From the NCBI GenBank assembly GCA_965223845.1, contig CBDCXR010000004.1, positions 384,001 through 448,000 of the forward strand: 64,000 nt of DNA. Direction: 5' to 3'. Under the pieces are notes generated by a model that was given only the letters and a program-made list of their open reading frames with translations, made no database searches and was not told the DNA's origin. Below, piece after piece: positions 47,012 to 56,673 of the stretch. The position numbers were made by a program, and so were the translations under genes. Numbering within the stretch: position 1 is the stretch's first letter; each line of letters begins with the position of its first letter. The DNA is from Planctomycetota bacterium. Its GTDB lineage: Bacteria; Planctomycetota; UBA8108; SXIK01.

Positions 47012-48394
47012 TCAGGCCGGATCGATGTTGTGGTTCTGCCGGAAGAAGTTCGTCGGGTCGTACTTTCGCTTGAGGGCGAGCAGGCGATCGTAGCTCGCTC
47101 CGAACGATGCCCGGATGTGCTCGGTGTCGTCCCCGTCGAGAAAGTTGAGTAGATAAGCCCCTGACGCGTGTGGCATCAGCGCTTGGTAAAACTCGCGAGT
47201 CCAGGCGATGTTCTTTTCGTTGTCGGCGGGATCCGGCCACTGCGCCAAGATGCCGATGTCGTAGTCCGAGTTGCGATGGCTGAACGCGGTCGCATCCACC
47301 GGGACCCGGGCCATCGCGCCGCCGTAGAGCTCGATGATCACTGCCGTGTGCTTCGACGGCGCCCGGTTGGCGTGCTCGACGAGCACGTTGATCGCCGAGT
47401 CACTGAGATCTTTTACGTACGTCGACTTCCAGTAGTTTTGATTCCCATCCGGAAACGCCGAGTCGAAGATCGCTTGCATCTTCGGAAAGGGGATCGATTC
47501 GACGGCGTCCAAGAGTGGTGGGCCAAACTCGCGGAGAGGCCTCAGGTGTTCCAGGCCCTCGGCGAGATCGCCGCTCCAACAAGGCACGAGGGCCGCGATC
47601 GGATCGCCATCCGGCGAATGCAGAAGGCCGGCATAGGCTGTGAGCTCGTCCGGCGCGTCCGCCATGAACTCCCGATAGAACCGCAGCATTTCGGTCGCAC
47701 GGTCGCGTGGATGGATGAGAAGCCCGCCGAGCACGGTGCTGAGCGAGTGCGCGCGGTAGGTGAACTGCACGACAATCCCGAAGTTGCCGCCTCCGCCGCG
47801 CAGACCCCAGAAGAGGTCCTCGTTTTGTTCTGCGCTCGCGGTAACCAGGTCTCCGCCCGCGGTGACGATTTCGAACGCGAGTACGTTGTCGATCGTGAGG
47901 CCGTGCTTTCGCACGAGCCAACCGACGCCGCCGCCGAGCGTCAAGCCGGCGATGCCGGTCTTCGTAAACACGCCGGCCGGCACGACGAGGCCGTGCGCAT
48001 GGGTCGCCGCGTCGAGGTCCCTTAACGTGCAACCGGGCTGCGCTCGCACCGCGCGCGTGTCGGGTTCCACGCGGATTTCGCGCATCCGAGAGAGATCGAC
48101 GACGAGCCCGTCGTCGCAGAGCGCCCGGCCGCCGACGTTGTGGCCACCGCCTCGAACAGCGAGGAGGATGTCGTTCGCGCGGGCAAAGTTCACCGCCTCG
48201 ACGACGTCCCGGGCGGCACTGCACTGGACGATCAGGCCGGGATACTTGTCTACGCTGGCGTTCCAGATCGAGCGCGCGTCGTCGTATTCCGGATCTCCCG
48301 GGGCGACCGTGGTGCCGTCGAGGCTGCGCTCGAACTCGGCGATCTTCGCGGCCGCGATCACAGTGCCTTGTGTGCTGACCAAAGCTCGATTCAC
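47012..48394 (-). CDS. FAD-linked oxidoreductase (VAO/berberine-bridge-enzyme-like)
   Basis: AVRGGGHN covalent-FAD His motif, TGIAGLTLGGGVG, DLFWGLRGGGGNFGIV, LKRKYDPTNFF. Start set at GTG 48394 after AAGGGAG. Confidence 0.9.
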   Translation of the reverse strand: MNRALVSTQGTVIAAAKIAEFERSLDGTTVAPGDPEYDDARSIWNASVDKYPGLIVQCSAARDVVEAVNFARANDILLAVRGGGHNVGGRALCDDGLVVDLSRMREIRVEPDTRAVRAQPGCTLRDLDAATHAHGLVVPAGVFTKTGIAGLTLGGGVGWLVRKHGLTIDNVLAFEIVTAGGDLVTASAEQNEDLFWGLRGGGGNFGIVVQFTYRAHSLSTVLGGLLIHPRDRATEMLRFYREFMADAPDELTAYAGLLHSPDGDPIAALVPCWSGDLAEGLEHLRPLREFGPPLLDAVESIPFPKMQAIFDSAFPDGNQNYWKSTYVKDLSDSAINVLVEHANRAPSKHTAVIIELYGGAMARVPVDATAFSHRNSDYDIGILAQWPDPADNEKNIAWTREFYQALMPHASGAYLLNFLDGDDTEHIRASFGASYDRLLALKRKYDPTNFFRQNHNIDPA

Positions 48395-48517
48395 TTCAGT
48401 CTCCCTTCGTGTGTCCTCCCTCACACAGGCACCGTTGCGTTCGTGGCATCTTAGCGCATGAACCGGGCCTCGTTCGATGTCAGTCAGATCGGTGAGCTGC
48501 GCGGTGACCACGCAGCG

Positions 48518-51500
48518 TCAGTCGTTGCCGTCTTCTACGACCAGGTACCGCTCGAGCCAGTCGAACACGTTCTGTTCGATCTGGTCGATATACAAATTGA
48601 GAAGGCCGTGGCCCGCCCCCCGCAAGACGACGAGTTTTTTGTTTTCGGCCACCGTCCCCGCGAGATCGATGAGCGGCTTCTGGGACTCTTCGACCGGGTA
48701 GTAATGGTCGAGCTCGCAACCGATGAGGATCACCGGCGCCGTCACGCGCGAAATGAAGTGAACTTCGTCGGCGGAGCGCGTCGCTTCCCACTTCGGCAGT
48801 CCTCCCATGAGCAAAACACCGGCGCGGAACCGATCCTCCAGAGCGAGAAAGATCGGGCCGCACATCGCTCCCCAGCTGAGACCGTAGTACGCGATGCGGT
48901 CGGCGGCGATGTCTTGGCGCGTGATCAGGTAATCGATCGAGCGGCCGAGATCCTGGCGCAGTCTCACAACCCAGTCCCGGTAGACGACCGTGTTACGCGC
49001 CGGCTCCGGACCCTCGAAGCGCCTCTCATACGTCCCGTCGTAGATCGGATACGCGACCGCGTAGCCCCTATCGACGAGGAACGTCGTCAAGTACGCCTCG
49101 CCCGAGTCGGAGTGTTTCTTCTGCCACTGCGCTGCCTTCCCAGGAAAGTAGATCACCGCCGGATACGGCGGTGTGCCGTGCTTCGGCAACCGAAGAACGG
49201 CAGCCATCCGCTCACCGCGATAGGCCGCGTTGAAGGACACCCGCTCTTCGCGCCACGTCGTCGCGCTCGCATCGACGCTCTCCACGCGCGGTTCGAGCGG
49301 AGCGCCCCGATCGTACGAGTAGAGGGCCGTCTTGTAGACGCGAAACTCCTCGTCGGAGATTGTTCCGACTTTGCGAAAATCTCGACCGAAGGGGTTGCGT
49401 CGGTACGGCGCGAACAGCGACGCCTTCTGTCGCAATCGGCCACCGGGATAGGACACACAGCGTAACCCGTTCTTGGGTGAGCGGTCCCACGCAGAGGCCG
49501 AGATATCATCGGTGAACATGTACGACGCGTCTCCCCACGCGGCGCCCAGGAGAAAGTGACGCTCGCCCGCATCTGCGTCGGCGCTCGAGCACCATTCCCG
49601 TACGTTCCCGGCCATATCGTAGATCCCGGTGCTTCCTACACCCGCGTGGGTCATGACCGGTGCCGCGCCATCGCGTGAGAAGTTGCTGTAGGGCACGATC
49701 GAGGCCGACTCCGTCGGGCACGACGCGTCGCGCCAGTGGTGAATCGTCGGGAGCTCCTTGTCGCGAAATGCGGCGTAGGCGGTCGCCTCGTACCAGCTGA
49801 CGCCCGAGACCGGGTGGAGAGCCTCGCCCGGCGGAAAGCGGCCGTCCGACCAGGTCGCTGGGCCCGGCCTTCCCGTCCGGTCGACGAAGAGTTGCATCGC
49901 CTCTTCCCACGCCAAAGTCCTGCCGTCCTTTTGGTACATCGTCTCCCAGAGCTCCGGCCGCGCGTAGCCGCCCTCATCGACGAAGGCTTGATAGGCCTCG
50001 TTGGTCACCTCGCTCCGGTCGATCCAGTACTCGCCGAGCTCGATTTTCTCGCCGGCAACGTACACCGCTCCCCCGTCCACCGCGACCATCCCGGGTGTGA
50101 TCGCGCCGACTCGAGTGAGGTGAAAGTGCGCGGTCGTTCGCTCGGGTGCGCTGTCGATGGGTTGCGGCTTGAGCCCGGACGGCAGCCCGGTCGGGCCACG
50201 CACGACCGTCTCGTAGCCTTCCTTCTCGATGCGCCATCGGTAGACACCTCGTGGGAAGCGAACGTCTTCGAGCGGAGTCGTTCCCACCTCGAACCAGGCA
50301 TCCTCGGGGCGGGCAACGGCTTGAATCGAGATCGCGGCGCCGACCGGTTCGGAGAAGATCGAGACGATGAGTGCCGCGCGCGGCCAGAGATCCCTCAGGT
50401 TCGGATCGTCCGGCAGCGTCTCCTCGAGCTTGCGCGCGCTGACGTAAGCCTCTAGGTAGCGCTCTGAATCGATGAGTCGCCGGATCGTGGGGATCGCTTC
50501 GCCGCGGACCCTCTCGATCCGTTGGTGCTCGCGGCGGTCGGCGATTCCCTTCCACCCGAGGACACTGGCGAGCAGGACGGCGAACGCGAGCCCCACTCCG
50601 AGGAGCACAGGCATTCGGTGCCGCCGAATCTTGCGCGTGAGTCCGATCCACCTCGAGGGTGGCCGCGCGTGGATCGGCTCGAATCGAGTCAGGCGACGCA
50701 GGTCGTCGGCCAGGTCGGCCGCGCTCTGGTAGCGTCGCTCGGGCTCCTTCTCGAGTGCGTGACTCACGATGATCGCGAGATCATGATTGATCCACTTGTT
50801 GAGCTTCCTCGGAGAGGGGGGATCCCGAAAGAGAATGGCTTCCGTCAGCTCGTGCTCGTTCGCTCCTTCGAAGGGACGTCGCAGCGTCAGCGCCTCGAAG
50901 AGCGTGACACCAAAGCTGTAGATGTCACTCCGTTCGTCGACCCCACGCCGCGCGATCTGCTCGGGTGCCATGTACGGCAGCGTCCCGAGAAGCGTGCCCG
51001 ATCGCGTCAAGGTCGAGCTCTCCTCGTCCTGCACGAGACCGAAGTCGACGAGGACGAACCGCTTCTCGCCGTCCACGATGACGTTTGACGGTTTGATGTC
51101 GCGGTGGATCAATTTCGCGGCGTGGACGGCGGCAAGACCGTCCGCGAGATCCGCCATGCGCTCTACGATCTCCGCGACGGAAGACCCCTCGAGGAGAGGG
51201 CGGACGCTGGAATCGTCGGTGCGCCTCCGTTTTCGAGCTTCAGCGATGGCCATCGCGAGCGACGGCCCCTCGACGAACTCCATGGCATAGTAGTGAGTGC
51301 CGTCTCTCTCCCCGACGTCGTGGATCGGGACGACATTCGGGTGCCGAACGCGTGCGGTTGCGCTCGCTTCACGCCGGAAGCGCTCGATCGCTCGAGTCGT
51401 AAGGAGTGTGCCCCCGACGAGGACCTTGAGCGCGACGAGACGATTCAGCTTGCGCTGTCGAGCGCGGTAGACGACACCCATGCCTCCACGTCCCACTTCT

Positions 51501-51850
51501 TCGAGAATCTCGTAGTCGCCGATCGAGGAGAGCGAAGAACCGCTTTCCGATACCGGTGTGGAGATCGTTCCGGCGCTCGGCGGGCCGTCGGGCGGCGGAG
51601 ATAAGTCCTCCAGGATCCGCAGCACGTCCTCGATTCCTTCCTCGGGGATGCTGCTCGTGCCACCGGCGGGAAGAACGAGGAAGGCGTCCGCGCGCGACGA
51701 CGCTGCGAGCAGACGTTCGGCGTCGAGGCGCACGCCTTCGCCGACCTCGGCGTCGGCGAGGAATCGTCCCCGCCGCTCCGGTGGTAAGTCGAGTGCAGCC
51801 TCGAACAGCCGCATGGCTCGGCGGCTACGATCCAGCCTCGGATCCGTCAT
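48518..51850 (-). CDS. Ser/Thr kinase fused to PEGA-like, FGE/SUMF1-like and alpha/beta-hydrolase domains
   Basis: VGRGGMGVVY, HRDIKPSN, DFG, YMAPE; TM segment; EVTNEAY..HPVSGVSWYEA..YDMAGNVREW; YGLSWG and GAGHG. Start set at ATG 51850. Confidence 0.9.
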   Translation of the reverse strand: MTDPRLDRSRRAMRLFEAALDLPPERRGRFLADAEVGEGVRLDAERLLAASSRADAFLVLPAGGTSSIPEEGIEDVLRILEDLSPPPDGPPSAGTISTPVSESGSSLSSIGDYEILEEVGRGGMGVVYRARQRKLNRLVALKVLVGGTLLTTRAIERFRREASATARVRHPNVVPIHDVGERDGTHYYAMEFVEGPSLAMAIAEARKRRRTDDSSVRPLLEGSSVAEIVERMADLADGLAAVHAAKLIHRDIKPSNVIVDGEKRFVLVDFGLVQDEESSTLTRSGTLLGTLPYMAPEQIARRGVDERSDIYSFGVTLFEALTLRRPFEGANEHELTEAILFRDPPSPRKLNKWINHDLAIIVSHALEKEPERRYQSAADLADDLRRLTRFEPIHARPPSRWIGLTRKIRRHRMPVLLGVGLAFAVLLASVLGWKGIADRREHQRIERVRGEAIPTIRRLIDSERYLEAYVSARKLEETLPDDPNLRDLWPRAALIVSIFSEPVGAAISIQAVARPEDAWFEVGTTPLEDVRFPRGVYRWRIEKEGYETVVRGPTGLPSGLKPQPIDSAPERTTAHFHLTRVGAITPGMVAVDGGAVYVAGEKIELGEYWIDRSEVTNEAYQAFVDEGGYARPELWETMYQKDGRTLAWEEAMQLFVDRTGRPGPATWSDGRFPPGEALHPVSGVSWYEATAYAAFRDKELPTIHHWRDASCPTESASIVPYSNFSRDGAAPVMTHAGVGSTGIYDMAGNVREWCSSADADAGERHFLLGAAWGDASYMFTDDISASAWDRSPKNGLRCVSYPGGRLRQKASLFAPYRRNPFGRDFRKVGTISDEEFRVYKTALYSYDRGAPLEPRVESVDASATTWREERVSFNAAYRGERMAAVLRLPKHGTPPYPAVIYFPGKAAQWQKKHSDSGEAYLTTFLVDRGYAVAYPIYDGTYERRFEGPEPARNTVVYRDWVVRLRQDLGRSIDYLITRQDIAADRIAYYGLSWGAMCGPIFLALEDRFRAGVLLMGGLPKWEATRSADEVHFISRVTAPVILIGCELDHYYPVEESQKPLIDLAGTVAENKKLVVLRGAGHGLLNLYIDQIEQNVFDWLERYLVVEDGND

Positions 51851-52424
51851 CGCGACTCTCGCTTGCGGTGAGATCGTCAAAGAGCCAGGCGCGCGCGGCC
51901 TGCCAGTCGCGCTTGACCGTGGCGACCGAGGTCTCGAGGATTTCGGCGACCTCCTCGACTCCGAGACCGGCGAAGAAGCGTAGCTCGACGACCCGGCTCT
52001 TGCGTTCGTCGATCTTCGCGAGACGGCGTAGCGCTCCGTCGAGTGCTACGAGCCGCTCGTCGGGCTCGGGACTGATTACGAGGGTATCCGTGAGCGGCAC
52101 TTGCTTGCGACCACCGCCGCGCTTCCGGCTGCCGCGACGTCGTGCGTGGTCAACCAAGATGTGGCGCAATGCCTGCGCGATGAAGGCGAGGAGCTGAGAA
52201 CGGTTTCGTCCCGGAAGGACCGTACCCTGAAGAATTCGCACGTACGCCTCGTGGACGAGAGCGGTCGTCTCGAGCGTGTGACCGGGCCGCTCACCTCGTA
52301 GGTAATTGCGGGCCAGCTCGCGCAGTCGGCTGTAGATGGACTCGAGAAGCTCGTCGCGCGCGTCGCGGTCGCCGTCGTTCGCCCGCTCGAGAAGCGCCGA
52401 CAGGTGAGGATCCTGCGCGGTCAA
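51825..52424 (-). CDS. ECF sigma factor (TIGR02999-like family)
   Basis: LARNYLRGERPGHTLETTALVHEAY..ILVDHAR..KRGG..VELRFFAGL..TVKRDWQAARAWL; overlaps the kinase start. Confidence 0.92.
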   Translation of the reverse strand: MTAQDPHLSALLERANDGDRDARDELLESIYSRLRELARNYLRGERPGHTLETTALVHEAYVRILQGTVLPGRNRSQLLAFIAQALRHILVDHARRRGSRKRGGGRKQVPLTDTLVISPEPDERLVALDGALRRLAKIDERKSRVVELRFFAGLGVEEVAEILETSVATVKRDWQAARAWLFDDLTASESRDDGSEAGS

Positions 52425-52640
52425 GTGATGCGCTCCAATCCTTCGGTCGAATACGAATGCGAAGCGGATTCGCGGGATCCTTCGATTTTATGTGTTTCGA
52501 AAGAGCGCTGCCATCGCGGTTCGAACTCGAGATCGTGTTCCAAAGGAGTCCACCTTTCTCGTCGCTCGCGTTAGATCGAACTAGCGGAGAACACGCTGCG
52601 CGGCATCACCAACCGAGTGGTCGAGCAGCTCGTGAGCGCG

Positions 52641-52675
52641 GGCGACCCGGACCGTTCCCCGCGGTCCGGGTCGCC
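52641..52675 (-). terminator. Perfect 14-bp hairpin downstream of the 52704..53708 gene (putative terminator or stabiliser)
   Basis: GGCGACCCGGACCG-TTCCCCG-CGGTCCGGGTCGCC; no clear U tail. Confidence 0.5.
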
Positions 52676-52703
52676 TCTCGGCCGGCGCAGTCGCTACCGA
52701 GAT

Positions 52704-53708
52704 TCAATCGCCGACGCCTCCGGCCACTTCGAGGTGGTACGTGACGTCGACGGAGATTCCGTCCACCGGGCCGAAGAGAGAGTGCACGAACGGCTCGCCG
52801 ACGACTTTGTACTGCACGACGTGGTGACCGGCCGCGAGTGGTGCAAGGAGGAGATAAAAGCCGTCGGCGATCGCGGGCGTGCCGGTGCAGAACGGCGGAA
52901 CGCCCATCGAATCGAGGAGCTCGCTCGGCGGCAGGTGGTAGACTTCCGACTGGACCCGGTAGTCGAAGAGGTTTTCGAGCGGCGTTCCGTCGACCGTCAC
53001 CTCCAACTCGACGATGTGGTCGGGGAACTCGGCGGCGAAGCGGCGGAGATCTTCGACGCTCTCGAAGGGGAGTGGGCAGTGGAGAGAGATGTTGATCGGG
53101 GGAAAGAAGAGAGCGGTACCCGCGGGGACCGTGCAGCTGCGCTCGAAGGTTCCGCCCCCAGCGGGGGGGACCCCTCCGAGGAACCAGATGTTCCCCGATT
53201 GTCCCACGTCGCAGAATTCGCCCGTCTCGTCGAGACCGGGGTGCTCAGCCAACGGGGCCGTCCACATCCAAGTCCAGAAGTCGGCTGCGAGCTGCTCGTA
53301 GGACGTTCCGTAAGGTGACGCGTGCGTGGGGACGACGCGGGGGTTCGTGCCCGCGTTGCCTGCGAGTCCGTCGCCGCAGGACGACACGGGCGCGGGGCCG
53401 GAGCTAAAGAGCCAGTTGAAAAGACCGACGATATCGCTGACGTCGAGGCTGCCGTCACCGTTCGTGTCACCGTTGCGAACGGCGGGAGTTCTTCCGGAGC
53501 ACGTGGCGAGCGGTACGGGGCTCGGACCCCCCAGGAAGAGATTCGAAAGCGCGTAGATCCCGTCGCTCAGGTCCCTCGTCAGGTCACCGTTCGTGTCGCC
53601 GTTTTCTAGCGCGTATCCAACGACCTCGGTCGCCTCTAGATTCTCCGAGAAAACGCCTGAGACGAGCCAGGCGAGAGCGAACCCGCCGATTCTGAATGGT
53701 GCACGCAT
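52704..53708 (-). CDS. Secreted protein with an N-terminal dockerin-like module and an uncharacterised Cys-containing domain
   Basis: Start set at ATG 53708 (MRAPFRIGGFALAWLV) after GGGGAAAGGA; GDTNGD x2; then PYGTSYEQLAADFWTW..DETGEFC..WFLGG..RSCTVP..ADGFYLLL..DVTYHL. Confidence 0.75.
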   Translation of the reverse strand: MRAPFRIGGFALAWLVSGVFSENLEATEVVGYALENGDTNGDLTRDLSDGIYALSNLFLGGPSPVPLATCSGRTPAVRNGDTNGDGSLDVSDIVGLFNWLFSSGPAPVSSCGDGLAGNAGTNPRVVPTHASPYGTSYEQLAADFWTWMWTAPLAEHPGLDETGEFCDVGQSGNIWFLGGVPPAGGGTFERSCTVPAGTALFFPPINISLHCPLPFESVEDLRRFAAEFPDHIVELEVTVDGTPLENLFDYRVQSEVYHLPPSELLDSMGVPPFCTGTPAIADGFYLLLAPLAAGHHVVQYKVVGEPFVHSLFGPVDGISVDVTYHLEVAGGVGD

Positions 53709-53903
53709 CGTTCTGATCCTTTCCCCAAGGAATACTTGGTGTCGCGGAGCCCGGAACCACTCCGCGTCTCCACAAGAGGGAGGCGCAGTCTGCGGTCCCG
53801 AGAGCTCAAGAAAAGGATCGTGGTCGACGAGACGCCGAGGCTCGGCGAGCGGGCTGAACAGGTCCCGATCGACACCGGTCGGTCGCGGGAAACTCACCGA
53901 CTC

Positions 53904-54099
53904 GTCATTTGAACCCGAATTATTCATGAGCCATCTACTACGAGCGCGTATGCATCCCGTCTGGACGGCGTTACCGAATCGGATTCGATCCTCAATGAGT
54001 GAAACACTCGCCTCCGGTCGAATCCGATTCGGTGCCTTGCCAGACGGGCGCCTCCGCGCTCTCGCTACGATGTTCATGAATAATCCGGGTTTGAATGAC
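53904..54099. repeat. ~196-nt rod-like imperfect palindrome (MITE-like element or structured ncRNA)
   Basis: Five nested complementary blocks pairing from both ends to a GAGTG-AAA-CACTC apex (see findings). Confidence 0.75.
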
Positions 54100-54367
54100 T
54101 CTCGACCTGGGGTTCGTGTTCCTCGCTACCGACTTCGCTCGAGATCCAGCGCGCCCGTCGGCAACTTCCGAAAATCCGGACCGAGATTCCGCGTCGCGGC
54201 GCGAACACGCGGGGAGCGTGGGCGATCGTCGGTCAACGGTGCGACGTTCCCAAGTACACTCCGGAACCTCGCGCCGGCTGCCGATGTAGTTTTCGGGTTC
54301 GTACGTACCGAGAGAATCCCCGTGCTGGCGCGGTGGGGCGACAGCATGGATCAGCGAGCCATCGAGC

Positions 54368-55315
54368 ATGAGCGAAGAGCAGCCCGTTCTGGATCCACCC
54401 GTGACGCCGACGACCGAAGCGCGCTCGTTCTCCCCGCGCGTCGTTCTTCGCGCGATGCGAGTCCATCAGTGGGTGAAGAACTTTCTCCTCTTCGTCCCGC
54501 TGCTCGCCTCGCACGGCTACGCCGAGCTCGCCAAGTGCGGCGCGGCCGCGCTCGGGTTCGTGATCTTTGGACTCTGCGCGTCTGCCGTTTATCTCGTCAA
54601 CGACCTCGTCGACGTGGAGTCCGATCGGCTCCATCCGGAGAAGCGCCATCGACCGATCGCGAGCGGCGCGATGTCGACGGGAGTCGCGAAGGCCCTCGCC
54701 GTTCTTCTCTTTGCGAGCGCCGGCGCGCTCAGTTACTTCTTTCTCCCGCTCGAGTTCGTCGCCTGGCTTGCGACGTACATCGTCTGCACGACCGCGTACT
54801 CGATCACCCTCAAGCGAAAACTCCTCGTCGACGTCCTCACGCTCTCCGCGCTCTACACGCTTCGCATCATGGCAGGGGCGGGCGCGATCGACGTCGAGGT
54901 GTCCCACTGGCTCCTCGCGTTCTCGATGTTCATTTTCACGAGCCTCGCCTTCGCGAAGCGCTACACGGAGACGATGGGGCACGATGCAGAGAGCACTGAG
55001 CGCATCCCCGGCCGCGGCTATTACGCGGGCGATGCGGAGATCATCCGCGTCGTCGGGCCGACGAGCGGGTTTCTCGCGGTCCTCGTCCTCGCTCTCTACA
55101 TCAGCAGCCCGGACGTCAGCCGTCTCTACGGTGAGCCGCGCGTTCTCTGGCTCGTGTGTCCCGTAATGATCTACTGGATCACGCGGCTCTGGTTCCTCGC
55201 GCACCGCGGGCAGCTACACCACGACCCGATCACCTTTGCCATGCGCGACACTCGCAGCTATCTTTGCGTGGTCGTGCTCGGCGTTGTTGTAGTCCTAGCC
55301 CGCTTCCTTTCGTGA
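54368..55315 (+). CDS. UbiA-family prenyltransferase, decaprenyl-phosphate phosphoribosyltransferase-like
   Basis: RVHQWVKN, YLVNDLVDVESDRLHPEKRHRPIASG, LAFAKRYTE, DPITFAMRD. Confidence 0.88.
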   Translation: MSEEQPVLDPPVTPTTEARSFSPRVVLRAMRVHQWVKNFLLFVPLLASHGYAELAKCGAAALGFVIFGLCASAVYLVNDLVDVESDRLHPEKRHRPIASGAMSTGVAKALAVLLFASAGALSYFFLPLEFVAWLATYIVCTTAYSITLKRKLLVDVLTLSALYTLRIMAGAGAIDVEVSHWLLAFSMFIFTSLAFAKRYTETMGHDAESTERIPGRGYYAGDAEIIRVVGPTSGFLAVLVLALYISSPDVSRLYGEPRVLWLVCPVMIYWITRLWFLAHRGQLHHDPITFAMRDTRSYLCVVVLGVVVVLARFLS

Positions 55316-55319
55316 CGAC

Positions 55320-56627
55320 GTGAACTCTCCAAGCTCCGCTTCCGCCGCTGATTCGACGCCGGAGGCATCCTCGCCTCTGGACTGCCGCACGTGGACGCGT
55401 CGCGTGATCCTCGTTCTCGCGATCGCCCTCGTCGCCCGCGTCGCCTGGGCCTCGCTCGTTCCCGTCGAGCCGGTTTCGGATAGCGCGGCGTACGACGTCT
55501 TCGCTCAGAATCTCGCGAACGCGAACACCTACGGTTGGGAAGAGGACAAGCCCGACGCGTATTGGCCCGTCGGCGCGCCATTCGTCTATTCGGTTCTCTA
55601 CCGCGTGTACGGTCACGTCTATTGGCCCATCGTCGTCTTCAACGTCGCGGTGGGACTCGCCACCGTGCTCGCCGTGATGTTTCTCAGCCGGCGGCTCTTC
55701 GGGAGCGATCAGCTCGCCCTGCTGGCGGGCCTCGCACTCGCGGTGTGGCCAACGCAGGTACAGTTCTCGACCGTTCTCGCGAGCGAGCTCCCGTTCGCGC
55801 TGATGGTCGTCATCGCGCTCGGATTGGTGCTCCGGCCCGAATGGTCGCCGCTCCGTCTCGTCGCGGCCGGTGTCGCACTCGCCGCGGCGTGCTACTTGAG
55901 GCCCGTCGCGATCCTCCTCCCCTTCGTTTTCGGGCTCTTCCTTTGGCGGCAGCACGGCTTCGTGCGTGCGATCGCAGGAGGCGCGATCGTTCTCGGCTGC
56001 ATGGCGCTTCTCGTCGCTCCGTGGACCGCGCGGAACTACCACGTCTTCGGACGCTTCATCCCGGTCTCCGCGAACTCGGGCTCAAATCTTTGGATGGGGA
56101 ACAACCCAGAGTCGAAGGGGACGTATCAGCCGCTCCCCCCCGAAGTGAAAGAGATGGACACCGGCACGCGCGACGACCACCTCAAGAAGAAGGCCGTCGA
56201 GTACATGCTGAGCCACCCCGGGCGAACGATCGCACTCGCGCTTCGAAAGCTCGCGATCACGCACTCGAGCGAGACGATCGGCGTCGTCTGGAACGTCGCC
56301 GCGCTGAATCGAGTGGTGGGCGAACGCGGCGTTTGGTGGCTCAAGCTCGTCTCCGCGGGGTTTTGGCTACTCATGCTCGGCTGCGGAGTGATCGGTGTTT
56401 TCGTGGTCTTGAGACGCGAGGGGCTGGCCGGAATCGTCCACCCCGCGGTGATCCTTTGGGCGTATTTCGCCGCCGTGCACGCCGTCATCGTCGCCCAAGA
56501 CCGCTATCACCTTCCGAGCGTTCCTTTCATCGCGATGTTGGCCGCCGTGGCGCTCGACGCCGTCGCGCGCGTCGCGAGTCGAAAGCGAGCCGAGCCGGCT
56601 CCGAGTGTCGTGACCAGTCACGGCTAG
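55320..56627 (+). CDS. GT-C fold membrane glycosyltransferase (ArnT/GT39-like)
   Basis: SDSAAY..A.NL..AYWPVG.P, SE motif, PWTARNYHVFG..NLWMGNNP, RYHLP; multiple TM segments. Confidence 0.8.
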   Translation: MNSPSSASAADSTPEASSPLDCRTWTRRVILVLAIALVARVAWASLVPVEPVSDSAAYDVFAQNLANANTYGWEEDKPDAYWPVGAPFVYSVLYRVYGHVYWPIVVFNVAVGLATVLAVMFLSRRLFGSDQLALLAGLALAVWPTQVQFSTVLASELPFALMVVIALGLVLRPEWSPLRLVAAGVALAAACYLRPVAILLPFVFGLFLWRQHGFVRAIAGGAIVLGCMALLVAPWTARNYHVFGRFIPVSANSGSNLWMGNNPESKGTYQPLPPEVKEMDTGTRDDHLKKKAVEYMLSHPGRTIALALRKLAITHSSETIGVVWNVAALNRVVGERGVWWLKLVSAGFWLLMLGCGVIGVFVVLRREGLAGIVHPAVILWAYFAAVHAVIVAQDRYHLPSVPFIAMLAAVALDAVARVASRKRAEPAPSVVTSHG

Positions 56628-56673
56628 GCGCTCCTTCCGCCTCGAAGTCCCTCTTTCCTTTCCTGGATCGAAC

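Noticed and set aside
47012-48394. FAD oxidase as the DprE1 partner of the UbiA cluster
   Set aside because: It has the covalent-FAD RGGGH and BBE-type C-terminus, and lies 6 kb away in a different transcription unit.
53990-54015. Hammerhead-like look of ATGAGTGAAACACTC, and a 6S RNA interpretation of the long hairpin
   Set aside because: The CUGAUGA core and the GAAA after stem II are missing, and the rod lacks the large central bubble typical of 6S RNA; left unassigned.
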